This document shows, piece after piece, positions 13,058 to 26,584 of a stretch of 64,000 bases of DNA. The notes under the pieces are model-generated. The model searched no databases and was not told the origin of the DNA. It saw nothing but the letters and a program-made list of their open reading frames with translations. This DNA comes from Octopus sinensis (taxonomy: Eukaryota). Position 1 is the stretch's first letter; the number at the start of each line of letters is the position of its first letter. Location of the stretch: contig NC_043003.1 in NCBI RefSeq assembly GCF_006345805.1, positions 5,580,001-5,644,000 of the forward strand, given 5' to 3'. A program made the position numbers and the translations under genes.

Positions 13058-13989
13058 GAGTATTTTTCTGTATTGTAATATCATTATTATTATTATTATT
13101 ATTATAAATATTATTCCTATACTAATAATGTTTTTGTTATTGTTGTTATTATTATTATTATTTACTTCAACCTCCAGTAAGATAATTCATAACGTCTATT
13201 AACAGCCGAAGCTACAACGTTACCAAAATTTCTGTAAATATTCCAACAGAATTCCCCAAACGACGACAGCAAATCATTTTTATTAAACATTTCGGCCATT
13301 TTGAATTACAACCATTGATGAAACAGAGTGCAGCTATATACTTGTTCCTTGTTGCTTGGTCTAACTGTGTATACATACATACATACATACATACATACAT
13401 ACATACATACATACACACAAACGTACATACATACATACATACATACATACAGGTATATACATATAAACGTATGTGGATGTGCATGTGTGTGCGTGTATGC
13501 ATATATATATACAGAGAGAGAATCATAGATATATGTATATGTAAGCATGTATATATGCATGCATATGTGTGTGTGTGTGTGTGAGTTTATAGATCATCCA
13601 AGTTTTAAAAACTTACACAGGCTGGTACGATCAATATCGATGTAACATACTTTATATTTGTGTATCTAGGTGTTATATGAATATAGAAGTATATCACTCA
13701 CATACCTCATATATGTATACATGCATATATAATGTACAAATATTACATATAAATACATAGGCAAATATGCAAATACACACATCTGCACACATACATTGCT
13801 AGTGCTTAAAACAGCTTTTCTTATACTGCAGTAATTTAATTTACAACTAATGCACACACACACACTAACATTCGTACAGACACACTTTTGCAGAATGGCA
13901 AGTGCATAAAACACCCGTTAGATTTAAAGTACCTGAAACCAAACTTGTTAGACTGGATGTATACGTGTTTGTGTGTTTTAATATATATA

Positions 13990-14810
13990 TATCCATTCTG
14001 CCAGCTATTAGGTATATAGCCTCAGCCATCAGTAACAGAATCTTTAAACTTTATGCACACCACCACGATGCATTAGCATGGACGCAAATCACTGAGGCGT
14101 TAATATATGTGGAAGCTTCCACATCACCTCTATACTCGAAGCTGAGTCTGGTTCACTCCTCCGTTTGACCTAGAAGTTCCTAAGAGATTCCTATTGTTGA
14201 TCAAGGAGAATTCCTTTAGAGGCCATAAGTATTATAAGCTGTTCAACTCACACAACTTTAAGGCTAGTTAATCCTGATTAAACAATATCACGCTACAATA
14301 GATACAAGAACATACCTACCTGGTTCCTATCCGACACTCTAACCTATTACTTCCGAAATCTTACGAGCTGCCCTCTCAGAGTATCTTATACCTCACAAGG
14401 GTTGTGGCCAATAGAGCCACATTCACACTATCCCATACAATCCCAAGACACTACACATGTATGACAACCAACGACTTGAAGAGAAGAGATATACAGGTGA
14501 TGCACACCATCAGATGCAGGGATAGGAAAATCTCCACTGCCCTGTCCAGTTTTATCTGGCGATTTCATGACCACTATCCCAACATCATGCCAAATCTGCC
14601 TCTGCAAGAGATAATAAATTCTCTACCAATATGCAGCATCCATCAACAAGTGCCGGGTACTCGACCCCCTGTCACATGTCCAAGCCACACATTTGACCTT
14701 GCAGGTCTTCCCGTCTTTCTTTATTCTTTCTTTAACTAGCACCACCAAACCTTTACACAACAAATCAGGTTGTTCTGCTGCTAGTGTGTGACAACAAATA
14801 AAACGGACGA
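13990..14810 (+). mobile_element. Penelope-like element fragment (RT thumb/linker through GIY-YIG endonuclease), pseudogenised
   Basis: Frames give AISNRIFKL, FRGHKYYKLFNSHNFKAS and RATFTLSHTIPRHYTCMTTNDLKRR...STALSSFIW, matching PLE motifs such as HK..K.FN...K.SYSC and Y.G.T...K.R...H...T.LS..W. Confidence 0.7.
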
Positions 14811-14869
14811 ATACACCAGAAACCCCCACAAACACCATTTCTATACATCTATATGTATAGACACACGTT

Positions 14870-15178
14870 GTGGAAGCACATGGCCTAGTGGTTAGAGCAG
14901 CGGACTCGCGGTCGAGGGATCGCGGGTTCGAATCTCAGACTGGGCGATATATGTGTTTATGAGCGAAATACCTAAGCTCCACGTTGCTCCGGCAGAAGGT
15001 AATGGCGAACTTCATCTGATTCTTTCGCTGCAGCTTTCTCTCACTATTTTCCTCCTGCATCTTGCAGCTCACCTGCGACGGACAGGCGTCTTGTCCAGGT
15101 GGGGAACCTATACACCAATGAAATCGGGAAACCGGCCCTATGAGCCAAGCATGGCTTGAGAAGGAACAAACAAACAAC
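14870..15178 (+). mobile_element. SINE family C, tail type 3, with 13-bp TSD
   Basis: Head gtggaagcacatggcctagtggttagagc, B-box ggttcgaatctc, (CAAA)n tail. TSD atagacac(a/c)cgtt at 14857-14869 and 15179-15191. Confidence 0.85.
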
Positions 15179-15467
15179 ATAGACACCCGTTAACTCACAC
15201 ACGCATGCACAAAAATCACATATAAGAATATACTAAATACATATAACCACCTACACACAGCAGTTCGCGCATATTAGCTAACTGTTGTCGCCAGCGAACT
15301 GAGCCTCTGCCTCTAGTCAAAGTGGCATCACCAACATTTTGTCCGAGAGCAACGCAGTCTTAGAAATAATGAACGGGCACTAATGTCGTGGCCAAATTGA
15401 TAACATCAACATGGGACTTGCGTTGACCAATGGTAGCCCAATACCCCCCTCTTCGTGTGTATATATA

Positions 15468-15633
15468 TAGGGAGAGTTTACGAAAAAAACAGGTGGTGTA
15501 CAGACGAAGACAGGTGGTGTACAAAACAAACAGATGTATTAGTATAACGCTCAGGAATAGGAAAAGTCTTTTAAGTTTCGAGCCTACGCTCTTCTACAGA
15601 AAGGGACACAGAAATAAACAAGGAGAGAAACAA

Positions 15634-15635
<2 letters not shown>
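15468..15635 (-). mobile_element. Hammerhead-bearing element H1 (copy b)
   Basis: Minus strand CCCTTT-CTGTAGA-A-GAGC-GTAG-GCTC-GAAA-CTT-A-AAAGAC at about 15566-15605; flanked by (TA)n. Confidence 0.7.
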
Positions 15636-15689
<54 letters not shown>

Positions 15690-16359
15690 CGCTTGCAAAC
15701 AAGCATACACACACACACACATACACGCTCACACACCATATGCACACACGCTCACACACACACACACACACACATATTCAATATTTCGGAAGAGTAGATT
15801 CCCAAGGACATAAAGCATAAAGCAGAAAATAACACACAATCCTAAACACGCATTCGTATACGCAAGACCGCGCACACACATACACACGCACATACACACA
15901 CACAGACACACAGATATACACACACACATACGCGAGACTGAGTTTAGAGGTCAATCGAAATCAAGTTATACTATTATATTTAAGAATTTCCAAATTATAA
16001 TTTTTTTGTTACGCATCAAGCAAGAAGTTAAACGAACCCATGTGGCACAAGAAATGACTGTATTTCTTGTTTACAGACATAAAATCTGTTATAATATTTG
16101 ACTTTCGTACATAAAACAAAAGAGATAACCCACAATGTGTGTATGTGTGTGCGTGTGTGTTGGTGTGTAAGTGTATCAATATTATAGGCGCACACGCACA
16201 CACAGACACTTATCTTAGTGATTCATGCAGTTTGATTGTCTCAATTGCATAATAATATTAGCAGAAGATGTTGCCTAAGGACAAATATAAACAGCAATGT
16301 ATTATAGAATAAACATCTCTTCAAGGAGAACTGACGGAGCCTTCCCAATAAAACACTTC

Positions 16360-16705
16360 TGCCGAGTGTAAAATACAGCAAACCTGACATTGTTATTAGA
16401 GACGAAAGAAAAACTGTTTAAAGTCATATAGGTCACTTGTCCTGCAGATGGGAACATCTCATCGAAAATCAGTGAAAGGGAGAATATTCTTGGACAACTG
16501 CTACGAATGCTGCAACTCCTCTATCCTGTATATAAATTGCTATTTGTACCAACAGTTATTGGTGCACTCGGTTATGTTAGTAAATGTTTAAGTGACAATT
16601 TGGAACAAGCGAGCGTTTTCGGGCGAAGAAAGAAAGCGGTTCAAAGAAGCTTTACAAATACAATCTCTTAAAGGATCAGAAGATATTTGTAAGAAGTTTT
16701 AGCCT
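16360..16705 (+). mobile_element. R4/Dong-type non-LTR 3' fragment (restriction-like endonuclease domain)
   Basis: Frames give KPDIVIRD, VTCPADGNI, LLYP...FVPTVIGALGYV, i.e. PD..D and P...GALG REL motifs with frameshifts. Confidence 0.7.
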
Positions 16706-17675
16706 TCAACTTGTTATTCTTATCAAAATTCCTGCGATGGGGTTTTTAATTTTTTTCTATTGTTAGAAACCAATTCTTTTTGTATGAAGAATTCTAACGT
16801 ATACATATACATGCATGCCTACATATACATGCATGCCTACATATACACTCACTTATATAGATTCAAATCTAGATAGCTAGTAAATACACACTTATAAGCA
16901 TGCATATATATTTACATACATAAATAGATGCGCAGTTAAATAGGTAGTACATACATACATACATACATACATACATACATACATACATACATACATACAT
17001 ACATACATACATACATACATACATACATACACAGTCCCAGAAACTACGGTCTATACTTTACACGAGAGGGTAAAAGATCCAGTCTATAGATTCCAGAAGT
17101 GTCTGACAGCTTCGGGTGCCAGTGTGCCAGTGTGTGTGTGTGTGCTTCTGTGTATGTATTTGTTATATTTGCATGAGTGTCTCTGTGCGTTTATGTGTGT
17201 ATCTATTTTTTTTTCACCCACTTTCTTTAACGTTTACTATCGCTCACATTGTTCTTGTTCTTACTGTTGTTTTTCTCTGCTGCTGCTACTCTTGTTTTTT
17301 TTTCCCCTTCAAGAGATTAAGATTCATGTCTAAGACTAAGCTGATTCTAGCATAGGCTGACGTCAGCAGAGCAAGAGGAGAACAACACTCATCTACACAC
17401 AAACACCAGGCACAGATGCGCACCCATGCACACAAATATTTAGATGCATGCACGTTCAGAAATGCATATAGAGTCGTACATTAACATATCCGTTCATATT
17501 CTTGTAGATAGAACACTGTTTTGCCTATTACATGTATAACATTTTCTCATCTAAAGATATGCAAATCAATGCACATACACATGCACGCACACATATACAT
17601 ATATATATGCTTTGTATACATACACACACACGCACACACATATATATGTACATAGATATCTAAATGTATTTATAT

Positions 17676-17728
<53 letters not shown>

Positions 17729-17886
17729 GCATCAGTCTATCTCTATTTCTCTCTATCGTTCCTTCTACTAACATGGAATGAAAACCTGACAGTTTGTGAC
17801 TATGACATTATCACTAACTTCTTAGTCATAATTAGCACAAGCGAAGCCGGGTGACTACGCAAATGTATATATATATATATATATAG

Positions 17887-18085
17887 GGAGAGTTTACGAA
17901 AAAAAACAAAACAGAAGACGAAGACAGGTGGTGAACAAAACAAACAGATGTATTAGTATAACGCTCAGGAATAGAAAAAGTATTTTACGTTTTGAGCCTA
18001 CGCTCTTCTTCAGAAAGGGACACAGAAAGAACAGAAAGACAAAAAAATGTGTGTAGTGGCAAACGATCTATCGTGGCGACAGCCA
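17887..18085 (-). mobile_element. Hammerhead-bearing element H1 (copy c)
   Basis: Minus strand CCCTTT-CTGAAGA-A-GAGC-GTAG-GCTC-AAAA-CGT-A-AAATA at about 17981-18019. Intact CTGAAGA, G12 changed to A. Flanked by (TA)n/(TG)n. Confidence 0.7.
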
Positions 18086-18117
18086 TATGTGTGTGTGTGT
18101 GTGTGGTGTGTGTGTGT

Positions 18118-19245
18118 GTACCTGCAGCATACAGTACCATGCTCTCTGTTATTTGCAACAAGTACTTTTCTGATTATTCTAGCCGTTCCAAGGAGGCAGA
18201 ACCTTTGTAACAGTTCTACTGTGCACTCCATTCCGATTTCCTTTATATTCTTCTTGATGCCTTCTGATACAGTCCCCAAGGACCCACCAATAATCGGCAG
18301 TGTTCAGATTCTTTATTTTCCATTGCCGGGTTATTTTGTACTGAAGAGAATTGTATACGTCTATTCCACACTTCCTTCTAGACAATTCGTGGGCCAAAGG
18401 GGAATGTAACATCAACTAGATAGCACATGTGGTACACTTCGTCCATCACCACGAGGTTATGCTGTAGCCCCCGGTTTGTTTCGATTGAGAAATCCCACAG
18501 GAATTGCAAGTCTCCGACTCCGCCACTCTCCGCCGTTTCTCCTCATACTATATCTTGCCCCTCTTTAGACCCTGCCTTTTGCTTAGCCTCCAATGCTGCT
18601 ACTTCATCGTGTCGCCTCGACTTAGAATAGTTTTGGGCAAGTTTAAGGTATTCGTCACGATATGGGCAATGGTTCCGTCCACTCTACAACGGATTTGGCA
18701 CAGTGCAGACACTTGCTCGTTTCTAATGTTGGCCCTTCAGTTTGTGGTCAGAGCTTGGTCTTACACTACTAGTAGTATAGCGCTCCCAGTCTCTTTTTTT
18801 CAGAACTTCATAATTTAGCCAAAACCATCTATGTTTTCCAGCAAATTCAGTTGAGGCCACATGGACTTGGTCGTGTAGTCCCTTGTTGTGTAGAAATTAT
18901 TCATGTCCTTTCTGAACTTCTCGATTTGGTTTTCCCTTTTTCTCTGCATTCAATACGCCCTCACTCCTAACTGACATTAGCAAGATTTCCTTGCATTGTG
19001 ATAGCTTTCTCAGTCAGCTCCCAAGTTCAATACCTACGCAGTCTTCCACATTTATCAGTCTTCTTCCTTCATTTTTTTTCATGTATAATCCGTCAGTGTT
19101 TGCACGTCGATGATGAGCTCCATGCACTGTTAGAAGCTTTCTTGCCTTGCTGTCCAACTTCTTCAGCTCATCCTCCGTCCACTGCAGAACTCTTGCAACA
19201 TAACAAGCCACTGCGACTGCACAAGAGTTTATTGCAGCAAGCGTT
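18118..19245 (-). mobile_element. 5'-truncated R4/Dong-type non-LTR retrotransposon (RT C-terminus, zinc knuckle, REL endonuclease), pseudogenised
   Basis: AINSCAVAV...WTEDELKKLDSKARKLLTVHGAHH...DGLYM...GRRLINVEDCV; DQALTTN; LAQNYSKSRRHDEVA; GTVSEGIKK...LLGTARIIRKVL. Confidence 0.85.
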
Positions 19246-19260
19246 GTTGCTACTGCTGTT

Positions 19261-19629
19261 TGTTTGTTGAGCGAAGCGCTCTTCGTCCCTGTAGTGAGAG
19301 AAGTCCGAAACATGGTCCTTTGCTATTCGTAAGACCCGTAGAAGAGAAAGCAGGTCAACCCCCGACACCGAGAGCATCGACGGATGGATGAATGCGCATC
19401 CAGGCTCAGCGGTTGCGTAGGAAGTCGGGGACAAGAAACAGGAAGGAAGAGTGAGAGAAAGTTGGAGTGAAAGAGTACAACAGGGGTCGTCACCACCCCC
19501 TGCCGGAGCCTCGTGGAGCCTTATGTGTTTTCGCTCAATAAACACACACAACGCCCGGTCTGGGAATCGAAACTGCGATCCTCCGACCCCTAGTCCGCTG
19601 CCCTAACCATTGGGCCATTGCGCCTCCAC
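19261..19629 (-). mobile_element. SINE family C, tail type 1
   Basis: Near-identical to 62331-62684. tRNA-like head; flanked by imperfect repeats aacagcag(c/t)ag(c)aa. Confidence 0.85.
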
Positions 19630-21205
19630 TTCTGCTGCTGTTGTTGGTGGTGGTGTTACAATGAAGAAATGATATGAGAATAAAGAAAGCTAGAGAGGAA
19701 ACAATCGTGGATGAATAAGGAAAACGAAATAGTTTTCACCATCTCCATTCCGTCATTTAATAGAAACTGGTGGCTGCTAATTATTTTCCACCGAACTTCC
19801 TATAAAAAAAAAATAATAAAGTTAATTAATTATTGATCTTATTTTCTTTTTTCGTCTTCCCATTTTTTAACAATAACACATTCTCCATCATTAGATATCT
19901 TTCCTATGACTTCTGTATTTCTCCAATTGTCATTGCAATTCACGTGGAAGCTGCATTTGCTGCAAAAGAATGTAACAATGTCTGTATGACATTATAATGT
20001 AAGACACAGTTTCCGTTGTGACTCCAAACAGAGATAATATACCAAATAGTAGCAATACCCAACCAAAGAATTTGTAATACGTAAAAAGCTGGTCTGCTGA
20101 AATCTTTACCTACATTAATGCGAACGAACACCATTTTTAAGTAAAATCTGCAATACACGGAAAGTGGTTACTAAAAGTTAATTGATTTATAAAAGATTCT
20201 GAAAAAATTAAATTGCAATGAACTGATTTGTCGCCGCGAGGCGTGAGAAATTCTAGGTTTTTTGTTATTTGTTTTTCTTTGAAGAGAAACATGTAAAAGT
20301 TGATAGCATGATGGGTAAATGAAGAAACAAACAAACCAACAGAAGTAAAGAAGCAAAAGAGTATCCTTTTTGGTATATGTAGGGATGTGGAAGGACATTG
20401 TCAGTAGTGTGGGAGATGAGCAGTGTGGGAAGAATTATTTGCTTTTAGAATGAGCAAAAGCAACTGAAATAAAGAAGAACCTTCAGATAAATTAAGTTTG
20501 GTGTGAATAAGCAGGACGAAAAGAGGGAGATGAACAAAAGTATTACAGAATAAATGCTTAAATATGAACTCGGATGTATTTGAAGTGAAAGGTATATTGA
20601 GAGACCATGTAAGAGAAGGCACTCTTTCACTCCTCCCCTTCCTCCTCTGACTTGTGTATAAATTCAATTTATTCTCCTCCTCCCTTCTCACTCAGCAACA
20701 TTCGGTCACCCTTAATGCATAAGAATGCGTAGCTCTCCACATTCCCCTTAATCAAAAAGACCTACTTTTTCATGCAAACCCTTCCTACATCCACCCACAC
20801 AGCTTCTTCCAATCACTTTTTAGATTTTCCCGTTTCTCGCGCTTTTTCAAACCTACAAAGCCAAGATTACACTCCAGTTTTTCAGTCACCTTTCAGGAAG
20901 AGACCAAGGTATTGTACAAATATCCGAAATATTAGGGTTGTATTTCCAACAACAAAACAACTTATCGTGACACACACACTGAATATTTTTCTTGCTTCAC
21001 AGATGTAAATTTGCGATTTACAACAGCGAAACTCATGCCAATGATGCGTTCGCGTAATTGGCTGACAAACTGCAATTAACATTGAAGTCATGTGGCCCAA
21101 CCGGCTCATTGACCGGTGCTGACGAAATTTCGTCCACTGGTTTAGTCTGTACTTGTTTAGCACTTAACGTCTATATCAAGATGATTGCTCAGGCTTATTA
21201 CCTAG

Positions 21206-22720
21206 TTCTTTACTACCCACAAGGAGATAAATACAGAGGGGACAAACAAGGACAGACTAACGGATTAAGTCGATTACATCGAGCCCAGTGCATAACTGGT
21301 ACTTACTTAATCGACCCCGAAAGGATGAAAGGCAAAGTCGACCTCGGCGGAATTTGAACTCAGAACGTAGCGGCAGACGAAATACGGCTACGCATTTCGC
21401 CCGGCGTGCTAACGATTCTGCCAGCTCAGGCTGATTACCGCCGTGTACAACATTCAAAACAGCATATCCAAGTTAAATAGGATGAGCAAATTAATATACA
21501 TACGTACACACATAATATGTGTGTGTGTGCGTGTGCGCGCGGGAGCATATATAGTGCAAGACTGGAATTTATGATATAACAATTAATTCTCTAAAAGCTT
21601 GCGCTTGAAAACCACGTTACATACAAATTCTGATAGATATATGTTAGATATATACGAATATACTCATATATGAAACTGAATATAAATGATTTTGTAAAAT
21701 TGGTGCTAAATTGGTACACAAGACCAGCAATTTCGGTCAAATTTGACCACATCGATCTCAGTGTTCAGTTGGATCTTATTTTATCGACCCCGTAAAGATA
21801 AAAGAAAAGATCGGGCTCGGCGGAATTTCATTTCCGAACGTAAAGAAGGACGAAACAATATCTAGCATTTTGCCCGACGAGCAAACGATTCTGTTGGTTC
21901 GCCGCATTTATGATTTTGGAACGTTGCTTTCAAGGCCATCAAATTCTTCGGAGGGAGCAAGCATTACTTCCACCCCAGTGCTCAAAAAATAATTATTTTA
22001 TCGACTCTGAAAGGATAGAAAAGGCAAAGTTAACCTCGGAGTGTTTACATTCGGGAAGTAAAGACGGACGATATACCGCTAAGCATTTTGTTCGGCGTGA
22101 TAACTAATCCACTCTTTGATTTTGTAATATTTATTCCTTTATTGCCAAGAGGGGGCTAAACATAGATGGGACAAACAAAGGGATTAGGACGATTACATCG
22201 ACCCCAGTGCGTAACTAGTACTTCTTTAGTCGACCCCGAAAAGGATGAAAGGCAAAATCAACCTCGGCGGAATTTGAACTGAAAACGTAGCGGCAGACGA
22301 AATACCGCTAAGCATTTCGTCCGGTGTGCTAACGATTGTGCCAGCTGAATATTAAAACATGTTACATGTAAGCCACATACAAGTCATTAGACAAAGGTTG
22401 AAAAATATTCAAGTCATATTTTCCCAAGTATAACAATATCTATTTCAACACACGATTCCACACACCTATTCCTATTATCACTCGATCTTTTCTTTTTTTA
22501 CTACTCTAGGCAAAAGATCCGATATTTTGAGGGAGGAGTCCCGTAGATCACATCGACCCCAGCACGCAACTGGTACTTAATTTATCGACTCCGAAAGGCT
22601 GAAGGGTTAGGGTTAGGGCAAAGTCGACCTCGGCGGAATTTGAACTCAGAACGTAGAGACAGACGAAATACCGCTAAGCATATCGCCCGACGTACTAACG
22701 TCTCTGCCAGCTCGCTGCCT
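21206..22720 (-). mobile_element. Cluster of five co-oriented SINE family A copies
   Basis: Copies at about 21206-21428, 21712-21905, 21930-22110, 22131-22346 and 22495-22720, each with a variant of cgaccccgaaaggatgaaaggcaaagtcgacctcggcggaatttgaact. Confidence 0.8.
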
Positions 22721-23540
22721 TTATTATGACTCGATCTTGCAACACCTGTAGATTCAACGGTAATTAAGAACCGCATGTGCTCATGATAAAACAGACCGTG
22801 TTTCACGGCCAGATGGATACAACTAAATTTCCTTTAAAAACCAATTGTGTTTTATCAGAAGAAATAATCTGAATCCATTAAGAGTTTTAAACTAAGATGT
22901 CGTCTATTTGTTTCTTTAAACTAAATTTGTTTAATGACTGATAAAATAACACCATTTTGTCGTCTGTTTTCAGCCATTACGGTCAAAATATTATTGCTTC
23001 TAAAGATAGCAGCAATTTTCTTATCTTGCTATTTTTTCTACCATCTCTTCCTGTCCTGCAAAACTAACACTCTGTCTATTTATGTCCCCCTCTCATGATC
23101 CTTGCCTCTCTTTCTCTCTCTCTCTCTCTCTCTCTACAGCTCTCCCTCCAAACACTTATGATTACATATATATATATATATATATATAATGTATGTATGT
23201 ATATGATGTGGGGAGCATTAAGAGAAACGGAAATATAAAACAATATAAATAGAGAGAAAGAAAACAGTAAGAAGAAAACAGTATATATATATATATATAG
23301 ATACAGAGAGAGAGAGAGAGGCAGGGTGAGAGATACAGAGAGAGAAAGAGAGTTGCTTTAGAGTCTATCTCTATCTAGGTATATAGGTAAATGGCTCTAT
23401 CTACCTTTGTAGCTATCTACCAATTTATCTTTCATCAATTAGGTAGTTTGATTTTCAATGTGTTCATATTTACATAATAATGAAATTTTTCTTCATATTA
23501 TTCCACTTCGTAATAACCATACTTACACACAGACACTTAC

Positions 23541-23595
<55 letters not shown>

Positions 23596-24069
23596 CCACA
23601 CACACACACACACGAAGAGTGCAGGTGAGGGAGAGAAAGAGAGACAGTAAGAAGGAGAGATAGAAAAAAATATATATGCTTTATCTATCTATCTCTCTTT
23701 TACATACATCCCCAATTACTATAGGCATCTATGTACCTACGCATTTATGTACCTACGCATCTATGTACATATATATGCGCGTGTTTGTACGGAAACGGCC
23801 AGAATTCTGCACAATTCTTCCCATAGTCGATGCCTGTTTGCTTTATGCATCTTTCTGCTCATAATTATTTTTGTAGTCATCTTCAGAAGATATTTTATTA
23901 TTCCCTAACCCATCTTGCATTAAAATTGATATTGTTCTTCAACTAAATATCACAGCTTGCAGTTTTAAGCACACTAAATCACATCTATATCAGTCTTAAC
24001 CACAAATATATCAAACACTTTACAAAGCAAAACCATTTTATTTAGTTTACAATAGAGTGGCCGTTTATA

Positions 24070-24276
24070 TTAGTAGTTAGGATAACCTTTGGCTTTGATT
24101 CTCTCAACAATTCTTCATGACATGCAAGCGATATGATTCTTCAACACTTCAGGATTCATGATTTTCTCGAAGCCTTCATGATTTCTTCAATTAATTGAGT
24201 TCTTTTACTTGATTTATAAACCAGTGCCATTCTTGTGAATCTTGGCCATAAATTTTTATCGAGTTAAGATGGTGAG
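24070..24276 (-). mobile_element. Tc1-type transposase C-terminal remnant
   Basis: Minus strand SP(..)NLW (degenerate SPDLNPIENLW) followed by HIACMS*RIVERIKAKGYPNY*, resembling SMPRR...VIKAKG..TKY. Confidence 0.55.
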
Positions 24277-25323
24277 TGTTTGTAGAACTCGTATTTTATG
24301 TTCTTTCAATAATTCCATTCTGGATTTCACTGTGTGACATAAGGTGTCGTTCTACTGAACAATTAATTCTTCGGAATAAAGTAGAAATGTGCCCCCGTGT
24401 GTGAGGATTCACTCTATTTCCAATCAGATGGTTATAATTCTCAGTTCTAACTATTATTGATACAAATATTATTCCTGCCAGACATACAGCTCTACATTTA
24501 TTGAATGAACAGGATAGTTCCATGACAATTTGTAATACACTTTGGTAACTAAACGGTGTCCGAAAGTCTTCTGCACAATTTTACTGCTATCTTTTTGATT
24601 CTTTTCCTATAAAAACTATTTTTGTCTCTCAAAGCAAAAAGAAAGGAACTGAATAAGGATTTTTCTTGACATTCCGCTTTACCTTCATCGTCAAAGTACC
24701 TGCACCAAAATTTTCTCTCTAAATCAATCTCTAACGCATCTCTAACGCATTTGGACCAGAATACCAAAACCCCGTCAAAGGCTTTTGGACAGTAAAGTTG
24801 TTCAATGATTAGAGCTGCTATTTCTAGCATGTCGAGTGACGATTGTAGCCTCCCGTGTTTATATATCCCTTATAGATGATTTCTGTTGAAAAGTATCAAG
24901 CATAAGGGGACTTAACTCCCTCCTTTTTCTTTATCGACGTCAGTATCACACGTGTAACTTACATTAGGGAGATAACATTATAACTTCTATACGATACAAA
25001 CCTGACAGAAATAGCAGCCCCCAAATCCTGAAATCTTGCCTTAGTTAGGGGTCATGAGAAAGGCTACGGGTTGATGGCGTTTGATTACAAGTCTACTTGA
25101 CCAGATCTAGTCTGAAGTTGAACAATTGCGAGGGACATTGCTGAAGCCCATATCACGACATCAATTGCGATGGATTGAATGACACGGGAGAAAAATAAAA
25201 TTTCTGCTTCACGATGTTAAATTATGATTATCGATGAAGTCAAATTGTCAATAATAAAGATTTCTAACTTTGTTCGAATGTTATGAATCCTAGCAACAGG
25301 CAGTTGATGATTAAAACTATTCT

Positions 25324-25402
<79 letters not shown>

Positions 25403-26029
25403 TAGAAAAAAACCCACCTTTTATCAATTCAAAATGAACAATTAAATTACACCATCTAGAAAATTACATATAATAGAAATATTAAAATTAAAATTAAAAA
25501 ATTATATACCGATGATTAAGTAAATTGCAAAATAATAATAAAAACGTATATATTTGGTAGAATAACGTTTTTGTAAATGTTACAAGAATAAGATCCATAT
25601 TAGAAATTTACAGAGAGAATTGCGTCATGGTGCTGTTTTTCTCACAGACGGTGTCCAACTGTGCAGTCGACAAAATCAATAAAAATGCGCCTGTGTGAAA
25701 TTAAGAATATAAAATGTTTGAAATGACAATCTTAACCACTTCGTTTACGCCTGATGTGGAGCCCATTAAGTAACTCTTGCATAGATTACACTGACGCAGG
25801 TGGCTTTGCACTTAACTTAGAGGGTACCACTGTCAAGGGTATTTATATAGTCAGAAGGTCAGTTTCTCGAGGACCAGTACTAGGTCGTCCCTACATGATA
25901 ACTGATCAATCTCTTATTAATCACCGATCACCTTCCCACTGACAAACACAAAATCCAACGATTTGAGTACATTAAACATCATTACAAGGAGTATATGATT
26001 ATCACTGCCAAGACTGTAGCAGATATCTG

Positions 26030-26260
26030 TTTCTTTACTATCCACAAGGGGCTAAACACAGAGAGGACAAACAAGGACAGACAAACGGATTAAGTCGATT
26101 ACATCGACCCCAGTGCGAAACTGGTACTTTATTTATCGACCCCGAAAGGATAAAAGGCAAGGTCGACCTCGGTGGAATTTGAACTCAGAACGTAACGGCA
26201 AACGAAATACGGCTACGCATTTCCCCCGGCGTGCTAACGATTCTGCCAGCTCGCTGCCTT
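26030..26260 (-). mobile_element. SINE family A, full length
   Basis: Well-conserved copy; tgtagcagatatc direct repeats at 26015-26027 and 26267-26279 (likely TSD). Confidence 0.85.
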
Positions 26261-26319
26261 CAATAGTGTAGCAGATATCATTGTCAGGAACATATCAAGT
26301 ATTATCCCGAGTGCTAAGA

Positions 26320-26555
26320 CATATGCGGTTGGTTAACCGGTTTCCTTGGCTTCTAAGTGACCGAGATCCCGTATCATTGCTGAACGGGACGCCAGTCTAT
26401 TGCAGTTATTCATGTACAGCTGAGAAGACAGGAGTAACGTAGAGTGACGTATTTTGTTTAAGACCGCAGCTCACCACCCGGTCCGGGAATCGAAACTACA
26501 GTCTTATGATTGTGAGTGCAACAAACTAACCACCAGACCACGCTTCCTTCACATT
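26320..26555 (-). mobile_element. tRNA-headed SINE, separate family (E)
   Basis: Minus strand head ggaagcgtggtctggtggttag...tttcgattcccggaccggg; tail contains gactggcgtcccgttcag, similar to the family C3 tail. Confidence 0.55.
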
Positions 26556-26584
26556 AAATATCGTTCCCAGGAATATATCGGTTA

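Noticed and set aside
25504-25555. ATATA-CCGATGA...AAAACGT-A-TATAT hammerhead-like arrangement
   Set aside because: U4 and G12 are substituted, stem II is absent and stem I is only AT-repeat pairing, so it could be chance.
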